From a virus (lineage: Duplodnaviria; Caudoviricetes): 58,306 nt of DNA. Position numbers and translations under genes: made by a program. Below, in pieces: positions 18,569 through 25,799 of the stretch. The stretch's first letter is position 1, and each line of letters starts with the position of its first letter. The stretch spans positions 1-58,306 of IMG/VR virus record IMGVR_UViG_3300005805_000003. One strand, given 5' to 3'. Under the pieces are notes generated by a model. The model was not told where the DNA came from. It made no database searches and saw only the letters and a list, made by a program, of their open reading frames with translations.

Positions 18569-18918
18569 CAGGTTATCACTATAGTCACTTTGCCAATGGA
18601 TCCAACGCCCTGAACCGCAATCTGCTGCGGGAACGGCTGCATGTTTGTGCCGCCATTTGCACTGCCGATACTCTGGAAGGCTGCGTCACCCGGCAAGCCA
18701 AGGTAAATAACCGTCGGCTCTACCCTGTCCGGCCTTGGATCACGCAACGCAATCGCATCGCCAGTATACCGTAAAGGCTGCAGCTGCGGCTCTTTTGGCT
18801 CATAGTCGTCGGGACAAACCATGAAGCCACGCCAGTTTTTACGCAATACTTTGTACGGGTATCTCTGCCCACAAAAGTCGCAGAGCGCATATGAGTATTT
18901 ACCCGACGCAAATGCCAT
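18568..18918 (-). CDS. Conserved protein with Cys zinc-ribbon motif
   Basis: CDFCG.RY...L...W.G..VCP..YEPK.PQ, PRPD. Confidence 0.7.
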   Translation of the reverse strand: MAFASGKYSYALCDFCGQRYPYKVLRKNWRGFMVCPDDYEPKEPQLQPLRYTGDAIALRDPRPDRVEPTVIYLGLPGDAAFQSIGSANGGTNMQPFPQQIAVQGVGSIGKVTIVIT

Positions 18919-18919
18919 G

Positions 18920-19585
18920 TCACACCCCGAAGTCCGGCACGATGTGGAAACTCGCGGTGTCCCTGTCCTCCAGTGCCGCTCTCAAGAAGTCCTCTTCGTA
19001 GATCTGCTTCAGCGCGCCCGTTCGATCGGGCATGTATTTCAGCGAGAGCATATAGGACAGGCCAGAGGCCAGACATGGCAGGAACCGGAAGTTCACATCT
19101 GAGGTGTTCTCGTAGTTGCCAGCGTCCTGAATGCGTCGTATTCGGTAGTAAACGAAGGTGTACACCTGATCGGATGCTGGGTACAGGTAAGCCTTTGGCG
19201 CATTGGTACGTTCCACGTAGAACTGTGCGGGGCGTGCTTGGGTCGTCTTATTCGGCAGATCCAGATACTCTTCGCGGCTGATCCGGTCGATGGAGACATC
19301 CTGCTGCTGGCCTGTCGTGTTCTGCCGGATCACCGCCGACAGTACGTTGACCGTGTCCGTTGGAAGGTTCAGCACCCGGCTACCCTGCGTCAGTGCGATC
19401 GTTGATTCCTCGATCGTCCACAGGTTCAGACCACGGTTCGCCCAGTCAAGAAACAACAAGTTTAGCGACCGACGCGCAGAGGACAGCTGATAACCCGAGG
19501 TCATCCGCATACCGCAACGCTCGAACGCCTCTTCAATCAGGTCATCGATGCTCAGATTAAAGTCTGTTGTCCCAGAAGTACTCAT
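18920..19585 (-). CDS. Head-tail connector / tail tubular protein A-like
   Basis: TSGT..F.L....IEEAFERCG, RRSLN....WANRG.NLW, RFLPC...GL.Y, YEE.F.RA. Confidence 0.72.
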   Translation of the reverse strand: MSTSGTTDFNLSIDDLIEEAFERCGMRMTSGYQLSSARRSLNLLFLDWANRGLNLWTIEESTIALTQGSRVLNLPTDTVNVLSAVIRQNTTGQQQDVSIDRISREEYLDLPNKTTQARPAQFYVERTNAPKAYLYPASDQVYTFVYYRIRRIQDAGNYENTSDVNFRFLPCLASGLSYMLSLKYMPDRTGALKQIYEEDFLRAALEDRDTASFHIVPDFGV

Positions 19586-19773
19586 GAGCAGGCCATTCCG
19601 CCCTTGGCCTTAGCCACGACCTTCTTCTTTTTCTTCTTCTTAGCCTCACCACCCTTCGCCATCATGACGGGGCCAGTCGTTTTGCTTGTCTCGGACAACA
19701 TACGGTTTCTTGGACCACTTTCAACCGCTCCGCCGCCTTTTGTAGCGGCACCCATTCCACGTCCAGCCATCAT
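19582..19773 (-). CDS. Small basic protein with xxxGG motifs
   Basis: RGMGAATKG, MAKGG, poly-K, KAKGG. Confidence 0.6.
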   Translation of the reverse strand: MMAGRGMGAATKGGGAVESGPRNRMLSETSKTTGPVMMAKGGEAKKKKKKKVVAKAKGGMACS

Positions 19774-20027
19774 GCACCTCGCTTACGATATGTTTTTACT
19801 TTAGACGCCACGGCCTTTGGCTGCTTAGAAAACTGCTTGCCCTTGGCCGTGTCCTCTCGTTTCTTCTTTGTTGTCGCAGCGTACTGCGATGCGCTGAGCG
19901 CCTTTATCGCCTTTTCAGGCAAATACCGCTCGCCCGTGGCCTCCAAGCCCTGCGTGGACGGCTTGCCAGACTTGGTTCGCCACTTCTGGTCGCCCCACGC
20001 CTTTAAAGATTTTTGGGGCGCTTTCAT
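19770..20027 (-). CDS. DUF5872-like protein, C-terminal half
   Basis: QKSL..W..Q.W.TK.G, RYLP.KA...LS..Y......K....GKQF. Confidence 0.6.
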   Translation of the reverse strand: MKAPQKSLKAWGDQKWRTKSGKPSTQGLEATGERYLPEKAIKALSASQYAATTKKKREDTAKGKQFSKQPKAVASKVKTYRKRGA

Positions 20028-20221
20028 TCATAGTCTTCTGCTGTTAAACCAGCATCTTCAAGCGCCAACGCCTCGAGCTCTTCCTGCGTACCACAGGTGC
20101 AGGGGCCTTCTTCCATAATCGCGCAATTTACCATGTGCCCGTCAACCATCGGCTGAACAGCAGTATTTAAAAAATTAGCCTTCCAACCGTCTTTGATGCG
20201 AAACTCTTCAAGATTAATCAC
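20024..20221 (-). CDS. Small acidic hypothetical protein with H-x3-C-x7-C-x-C
   Basis: GTG start overlapping the upstream gene end; stop overlaps the next ATG. Confidence 0.45.
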   Translation of the reverse strand: MINLEEFRIKDGWKANFLNTAVQPMVDGHMVNCAIMEEGPCTCGTQEELEALALEDAGLTAEDYE

Positions 20222-20396
20222 GATAACCCCCTCCTTCAGCTTTGTATTTTTGAGCCAACATTTGTGCCTTACGAGCAGACCATTGTCCGGGGCTGCCGCC
20301 CTTCCCGCCGCTCTTAATCTCTTCAAACAAACGCTTTCTCAGCGTCGGTTTGGTGTAGTTGCCTGCCTCGTTGACCTTGGACTTTGTCTTTTTCAT
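20214..20396 (-). CDS. DUF5872-like protein, N-terminal half
   Basis: YTKP.LR......K.G.KGG.PGQWSARKAQ.LA..YK..GGGY; TGATG coupling with the upstream gene. Confidence 0.65.
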   Translation of the reverse strand: MKKTKSKVNEAGNYTKPTLRKRLFEEIKSGGKGGSPGQWSARKAQMLAQKYKAEGGGYRD

Positions 20397-20680
20397 CAGC
20401 ACTTCCACCGTTTACGAGCCTGCCTAAGCCGGCTGTTTGGATCTTTTGCGGCCTCTGGGAAGTCTCGCATCTGCCCTGCAGAGCGAGCGCAGTAGGACTT
20501 TCGTCTTTCCGCGCGCTTGCCGGTGGGTTTGTCTTCCGTCACCGCCGTTTTAAGCTTACTGCCGGGGTTGGCCTTACGATACGCTTTGACCCCTTTTTCT
20601 GTCATGCCTGCGCCAGACTTCGTAGGGCGGAAATTGCCAGACTTCACTGAAGTCTTTATCCCCATGCCCTTGGTCGCCAT
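20396..20680 (-). CDS. Small basic conserved phage protein (DUF6321-like)
   Basis: G.TEKG...Y...NPGS.LK, RRKSYCAR..G, SR...A...W.C. Confidence 0.65.
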   Translation of the reverse strand: MATKGMGIKTSVKSGNFRPTKSGAGMTEKGVKAYRKANPGSKLKTAVTEDKPTGKRAERRKSYCARSAGQMRDFPEAAKDPNSRLRQARKRWKC

Positions 20681-20982
20681 TACGCAGCCGCTCCGCCTTC
20701 AAACAGCAGCGTTACACTGGTGACTTCAGCACTGCTGACATCGATAAACACGCCAGTCTCAAACAGGATGCCCATGTCAGGGATGATAATGTCGTAACCA
20801 CCCGCAGCGGCTGGTGTGGTAATTGTCATCTTTGCAGTGCCGGCAGTTGTCGTTCCGTCCTTGAGACTAAAGGACGCTGCTGTGTTGCTGCATGTGTAAT
20901 ACACGCCAACAACGCGGGTGCGGCCAACAATCGCCGACGCATCTGCTGCTTTTGAGACCGATTGAATATTACTGAAGCTCAT
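20680..20982 (-). CDS. Small beta-rich virion protein
   Basis: 100 aa; R.RV.G, IP..GILF..G. Confidence 0.6.
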   Translation of the reverse strand: MSFSNIQSVSKAADASAIVGRTRVVGVYYTCSNTAASFSLKDGTTTAGTAKMTITTPAAAGGYDIIIPDMGILFETGVFIDVSSAEVTSVTLLFEGGAAA

Positions 20983-20985
20983 GGA

Positions 20986-21126
20986 TTACTCCTTAATCAG
21001 ACCCTGCAAAATCATTGCTTTGCGGGCAGCTGAGCCAACCGGCGGTAAATCTGCCGGCACCGGAGCCTGTTCTACCTGCGCCTTAGCCGGCTTTTTGGCC
21101 GGCTTCTTAGCCTTTTCGTCGCTCAT
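20986..21126 (-). CDS. 46-aa hypothetical protein (not in ORF track)
   Basis: MSDEKAKKPAKKPAK...LPPVGSAARKAMILQGLIKE; RBS AAGGAG; fills the intergenic gap. Confidence 0.65.
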   Translation of the reverse strand: MSDEKAKKPAKKPAKAQVEQAPVPADLPPVGSAARKAMILQGLIKE

Positions 21127-21136
21127 GGATCACTCC

Positions 21137-21856
21137 TTAGCGCGTCTGAGCCGCGATCAGATAATCAAGCGTGGTAGCACGGGTGCCGGTAGCAGAGCCA
21201 GACAGGCTCATTGCAGCAACCGTCAGATTCTCGTCATCTGGGATGTTGGTCGTGTGCTGCGCAACTTGCTTGCCGTTAACGAAGAACGTCACGCTGCCAG
21301 TGCTGGTGACATTAAACGACAACACAGCGTAGGTGTCGTCGGACAAGTCCACCAGTGAGTCAGTTGAGGTCTCGGTGCCGTTCTTTTCAGTCTTGCACAG
21401 GATTGAGGCGTTACCGTCGTTCACTTGGAACACGATGCGGTCAGCTGCGGTCAACATCGCTTCTGGGTTAGTGGCAAAGTTAACAGTCAGGCCAACACAA
21501 ATGTCAGTCTGGTCTGCGTCGTTGCACTTCAATCGCGTTGAAAAGTAGATGTCCTTGTCAGTGGCTACGGCAAAGATTTCATTACCCTGAATGGACGCAC
21601 CATCGTCGTCAGTTGTGGCAGCAGATGTCAGTGCTATCTCGCCGCCAACGGTGTCAGCCACGATACCCACAGAAGCGCCGGAGTCTTTTACCACGGTCCA
21701 GTCATTGGTAGAGTCAAACGCCACACCAACAAAGTCGTCAACGATGGAGAAGTAAGCGGGGTTGATGCCGATCGGCATCTCGCCCATACCTGCAAACAAG
21801 GCGCTTTTGTTGGCGCCAGAATAGAGTAACGGACCGGAATAATGAGTAGCCGACAT
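21137..21856 (-). CDS. Putative capsid-associated (decoration) protein
   Basis: THYSGP start, beta-sandwich/lectin-like body (DDF, F.VNG, LDY..AAQ.R); directly after the major capsid gene. Confidence 0.55.
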   Translation of the reverse strand: MSATHYSGPLLYSGANKSALFAGMGEMPIGINPAYFSIVDDFVGVAFDSTNDWTVVKDSGASVGIVADTVGGEIALTSAATTDDDGASIQGNEIFAVATDKDIYFSTRLKCNDADQTDICVGLTVNFATNPEAMLTAADRIVFQVNDGNASILCKTEKNGTETSTDSLVDLSDDTYAVLSFNVTSTGSVTFFVNGKQVAQHTTNIPDDENLTVAAMSLSGSATGTRATTLDYLIAAQTR

Positions 21857-21954
21857 ATTAGAATCCTCACATGCGAGTTGTGCGCTTCAGTCTGCATGTT
21901 GTCCGCTCGGTCGGTCTGCAGCGCGTAAGTTGTTCCGAGAATGCAAACACTATA

Positions 21955-21990
21955 TATAAAAAAAAGGGGAGCTACAAGAGCCCCCCTTCT
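21955..21990 (-). terminator. Rho-independent terminator after the major capsid gene
   Basis: Minus strand AAGGGGGGCT-cttgt-AGCTCCCCTT followed by a T-run. Confidence 0.8.
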
Positions 21991-22007
21991 TTATAACCGG
22001 ATACCTG

Positions 22008-22916
22008 TTACGGAGTACCGGGCGAACCAAAGATGCCACGAGGATCAGAAAATCCAAAAGAGTATCTTTCACGCGCTTTATACCGAACGTTACCAGTATC
22101 GAAGTCGCCTTCAAAACCAGTCTTGATAGCAGCACGGTTGAACATCTTCATGCCATTCGGAGCGTCAGTCTTAATGAAGAACGCATCTGGATCGACGAGG
22201 AAGTGGTTAACAGTGTAGCCCTGCGGAACCATGCCCATGTTGCGAATCGCGTTAATGTCGTTATCCGCTGTGCCTACGCGCAGGGTTGACTTCATGATAC
22301 GGTCAGCAGTGAACTGCAGCTCTTTCGGGATGATCAGCTTCAAGCCCTGAATCGCAATCTTCAGACCGCGCTCATCAGTGAAGGCAGCGATGTCAATCAA
22401 CGCCTGCTCCAGTGAGGTTTCAGAGAGGTCTGCAGACACGGAAAGCTCGTTACGCAGATTTGGACCACTCAGCGTGGGGTGATCTGTTGCGCAAAGCGCG
22501 ACGCCGTCGCCACCGATGGAGGTGGTGAATGCGCCGTTCAGGATGGCAGCAGCTTTGATCTGCTTGGTCTGCGCCATTGAGCGAGCCAGTGCCTTGGTGT
22601 AACGCACAGACAGACGGTCGTAGAGGTTGTCTTCTACGGCTTCTTCAGTCAGGCTGAACGCCAGAGCAATGGTTTCGTGGGTGTAGCGAGCGGTGTAGAC
22701 TTCTTGCGCGTTGTCGTACTCGACACCTGCGCCTTCAGACTTCACGGGTGCTTCGCCAAAACCGGAGAGCATAACTTCTTCTTCAAATGCGCGGTCAGAA
22801 GATTCGATTGAATAAATCTCCGTGTGCTCATTTTCGTAGTTGTCGTACTCCATACCGAACAGAGCATTAAGACCCGGCTCAAGTTCGGCGACTAATTGGG
22901 AACGAGAAATAGCCAT
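22008..22916 (-). CDS. Major capsid protein
   Basis: MAISRSQL..ELEPGLNALFG.EY, S.RAFEE, ARY.HET.AL.F..TEEA.EDNLY, GDF.TGN.RYKARERYSFG.SD.R; strong terminator downstream. Confidence 0.9.
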   Translation of the reverse strand: MAISRSQLVAELEPGLNALFGMEYDNYENEHTEIYSIESSDRAFEEEVMLSGFGEAPVKSEGAGVEYDNAQEVYTARYTHETIALAFSLTEEAVEDNLYDRLSVRYTKALARSMAQTKQIKAAAILNGAFTTSIGGDGVALCATDHPTLSGPNLRNELSVSADLSETSLEQALIDIAAFTDERGLKIAIQGLKLIIPKELQFTADRIMKSTLRVGTADNDINAIRNMGMVPQGYTVNHFLVDPDAFFIKTDAPNGMKMFNRAAIKTGFEGDFDTGNVRYKARERYSFGFSDPRGIFGSPGTP

Positions 22917-22929
22917 GTGTTAGCTCCTA

Positions 22930-23514
22930 TTACGGCGCTGTATTGGCAACACCAGTGCTGCCATACAGGTGAGTGTTGATTTTAACCACAACATCGACGT
23001 GATTTGTAGCACGCTCGTTGCTGGGACTGTTATAGAAGCCCACAATCTTCAACACCAGCGAAGCAGTGTTGGCGATAAGAGATGAGTCCAGCTCTGTTGC
23101 AGAGAGCCCTGTAACGCTGCTGCCAGCGGTGTAGGCAATAGGGGCATTGAGCCCGATGTCTGCCTGCACAACGTCTTCATCGGCTTGAATCAGGAACAAC
23201 TGATTGGGGTCGTCTACCACTTCTGCGCTGATAACGCCGGCAGTGATGTTAACGGAACCCGGATAGTAGTTCTTCCAAGTGGGCTTGCCGGTTGTAGGAT
23301 CAATGTAGTTACAGCCGTTGAATACGCCCAGTGCCGCTGTGTGCAGCGTGGAATCGTACTTTACGACATAACCGCTAGAGAGTGTGACCAGATCCCCTTG
23401 ATAAATTGCGCCAGACTGGTTGTCGTTGATCTCATACGCAAACTGCTTCTGAGCTCCAGTGGCGGACAAGTTACCAAGCGGGCGCAGGCCAAATGCTTTG
23501 TCTACGTTTGCCAT
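22930..23514 (-). CDS. Head decoration / minor capsid protein
   Basis: MAN.D.AFGLRP, IYQGDLV, GVF.GC.Y.DP, DDP..LF.IQ; immediately upstream of the major capsid gene. Confidence 0.65.
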   Translation of the reverse strand: MANVDKAFGLRPLGNLSATGAQKQFAYEINDNQSGAIYQGDLVTLSSGYVVKYDSTLHTAALGVFNGCNYIDPTTGKPTWKNYYPGSVNITAGVISAEVVDDPNQLFLIQADEDVVQADIGLNAPIAYTAGSSVTGLSATELDSSLIANTASLVLKIVGFYNSPSNERATNHVDVVVKINTHLYGSTGVANTAP

Positions 23515-23538
23515 AGTGAAAGTTCCTTTAAATATAGG

Positions 23539-24027
23539 TTATTCGGAGGACCGAGGCCCGCCGACGCTTACTTTTGACTGCCGCTCTGGTGCGGAGATAC
23601 GCATACTTGAGTGCGCGTTACTCTTCAGCAGGTCGTTATCTGCAGCCTTGATTTGATCATGTGTACGGCTCTTATAAAACGCCCGTCGCTCGTCTGCTGT
23701 TTCCTCTGGGATCCGTGCCAGAACAACGTCACCAACCGAGATCACACCAGCGTGTCGTCCGTCATCCAAGCCCTGCCCTGAAAACTCAGGGTATTCGTCG
23801 GCGCGAACTAACTCGTAGCCTTCTCTCATCTTTGATGAAATATTCATTCTGTCATCGACACCACCGGCTTCTCGTCTGATCCAGCGGTGCTTGTAACCGT
23901 CTGGGGCGGGAGGAGCATCGAGTCGTGATGGAGGTGCCCAAGGCTTGCGACGCGCAGTGGTTTCTCGAGACTCGGTGCCTCGGGTGCTGCGATTTAACTT
24001 TGGTACAACAATGTCGTTTTCGCTCAT
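23539..24027 (-). CDS. Conserved head-module protein
   Basis: W.PPS.LDAP..PDG..HRWIR, REG.E.VR, G...LARIP.E. Confidence 0.7.
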   Translation of the reverse strand: MSENDIVVPKLNRSTRGTESRETTARRKPWAPPSRLDAPPAPDGYKHRWIRREAGGVDDRMNISSKMREGYELVRADEYPEFSGQGLDDGRHAGVISVGDVVLARIPEETADERRAFYKSRTHDQIKAADNDLLKSNAHSSMRISAPERQSKVSVGGPRSSE

Positions 24028-24032
24028 GGTAT

Positions 24033-24929
24033 TTACCTTTTCACGTATTGTGCGTATTTTTCAAGCGGTACGCCTAGTTTCTTTGCCATTGCAACTTCAC
24101 TAGGTTTAAGCCGGATACTACGGCGTGCTGAATTATTTAGTCCCGACGATCGGGTCGCAGAGGCAACAGTTTGCACGGGTCGGCTGCTTCTGGTTTGTTG
24201 GGGCGCAGACTCAGAAAACTTCTTTGGAAAGAGGTCCTGCATTCTGCGATCTATCTCATCATAGTACTCATCTGACTGCGGGTCAAATCCTTCGTTTTTA
24301 ACAAGCTCCACATGAATGCCCCGAACCGTGTTGGTCATCACCACGTCCGAGCCAAACCATGTGTTTTTCTCCGCCCACTCTTCTGCACGCGGATCGTTCC
24401 TTCTGGGTGCCTGCTGCTGCGCGGGAGCCTGCTGCTGTGCAGGTGCCTGCTCTTGCTGCTGCCGTATTCGATTAACCTGCGCCTCATGGTTCGCCAGCTG
24501 GTGCTGCTCCATGATGGTTGACGTCAGGCGCTGCTGCGCTTCGGTCTCGGTGTCAATGTCACCTTCCTCGCGGGCGCGGCGGATGACGTTTTTCAGCGCA
24601 GTGATCTGCGTTTCAACCCGTCCCTTGGCCTCACCCACACGCGCAACGGCTGTCTGCTCATACTGCTTCTGCAGCTCCTCGTTGCGAGACTGTACGCTCT
24701 TTGCGTACTCCAGTGCCGACTGCTCACGGCGTTCGGTCTCACGCAACCGGGCTGTGAGCTTGTCGATGCGCTTTTTGACCTTATCGGAGTACTGATCCAG
24801 CTCCTCCGCGTTCGGACCGCTCTCCACGGTGCTGGTGGTCTTGCCCTCGGTGTCTTCCGAGATGGTGACCGTTGCGGACTCCTCCCCTTCACCAATATCA
24901 AATTCTAACTTTTCACCTGAATCAATCAT
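24033..24929 (-). CDS. Capsid scaffolding protein
   Basis: Acidic N-terminus, long coiled coil, W...N.WFG, EYY.EID.R, C-terminal AKKLGVPLE.YA; RBS GAGG before ATG 24929. Confidence 0.7.
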   Translation of the reverse strand: MIDSGEKLEFDIGEGEESATVTISEDTEGKTTSTVESGPNAEELDQYSDKVKKRIDKLTARLRETERREQSALEYAKSVQSRNEELQKQYEQTAVARVGEAKGRVETQITALKNVIRRAREEGDIDTETEAQQRLTSTIMEQHQLANHEAQVNRIRQQQEQAPAQQQAPAQQQAPRRNDPRAEEWAEKNTWFGSDVVMTNTVRGIHVELVKNEGFDPQSDEYYDEIDRRMQDLFPKKFSESAPQQTRSSRPVQTVASATRSSGLNNSARRSIRLKPSEVAMAKKLGVPLEKYAQYVKR

Positions 24930-24942
24930 GATACTTTCCTCA

Positions 24943-25401
24943 TCACTTGTGCAAAATGCTTGCAGGATCTGACACAATTCCCAAAATCTCGTCATCGTTC
25001 AGAAGGCGAATCTCACCGCCCTCAATCTGGATGCGGGAGCCCGCGTAACGACCAAACACCACCCAGTCACCGGGTTTACACCATGCGCCGTCGGGGAACT
25101 TGCTTTCGTCCGCGTAGGCGAGGGGTCCAAGCTTGAGCACGTAGCCCACGTTGGTTGCCAGTTGAGTGCGTTCAGTAGTTTCTTTGGTCAGCACAATGCC
25201 GCCCTTTGACGTACCGGCGCCCCGGTAAGGTAGCAGCGCAAGGCGCCACCCAGTCGGTTGCGGTATCAAGTCCAAGACGCTTTGTGTGAGACCACTTTCT
25301 GGAACGGTGCCATCATCTGTGTAGGCATCGTTCAGCGAGGGTTTTTGGTTGGCCTTATCGTCTGCCCATTTCTGTTCTAGAGCTGTCAGCTTTGGTTGCA
25401 T
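24943..25401 (-). CDS. groES: GroES-like co-chaperonin
   Basis: P.G.R......T.GGI.L, V...GP.AY, GD.V.F..YAG......E..LLNDDEILG. Confidence 0.85.
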   Translation of the reverse strand: MQPKLTALEQKWADDKANQKPSLNDAYTDDGTVPESGLTQSVLDLIPQPTGWRLALLPYRGAGTSKGGIVLTKETTERTQLATNVGYVLKLGPLAYADESKFPDGAWCKPGDWVVFGRYAGSRIQIEGGEIRLLNDDEILGIVSDPASILHK

Positions 25402-25404
25402 AGG

Positions 25405-25590
25405 TTAATCCTCTGAGTGCTTATCAAGTTCGCTTTTCACAATACTTTCTGAAAGTCGAATACCCTCTAACCGCCCCATCAGATACCGATATCTCTCCAT
25501 GTCGCTGACACTCCCACCCAGCACAAGCTGCTGCGTGTCGTGTTCTATCTTCCTCATTTCTTTTAGTACTTTTTCAGCAAAAGTGAGCAT
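25405..25590 (-). CDS. Small conserved hypothetical protein
   Basis: G...DME.YRY..G...G; start codon uncertain (25590, 25596 or 25602). Confidence 0.65.
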   Translation of the reverse strand: MLTFAEKVLKEMRKIEHDTQQLVLGGSVSDMERYRYLMGRLEGIRLSESIVKSELDKHSED

Positions 25591-25647
25591 GGTCATTTCC
25601 ATGTAAGCAGAAGGTAGTCGCCACCGTCTGAAAGGCGTCAAGCAGTG

Positions 25648-25794
25648 TTAGTAGATCTTTACATCGTTGTTTCCGTCTCGCTTTTTGATTATTCTCGGTT
25701 TTCTTACACCCCCGTCCTTTATCCCAAGTTCTCTATCGGTTTTTGCTATCTTGCTCTTTGTGCGAGACTTTCCCTTGCTGGATGACCGCATCAT
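25648..25794 (-). CDS. 48-aa basic protein (not in ORF track)
   Basis: MMRSSSKGKSRTKSKIAKTDRELGIKDGGVRKPRIIKKRDGNNDVKIY; RBS AGGAG overlapping the portal stop. Confidence 0.65.
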   Translation of the reverse strand: MMRSSSKGKSRTKSKIAKTDRELGIKDGGVRKPRIIKKRDGNNDVKIY

Positions 25795-25799
25795 TGCTC

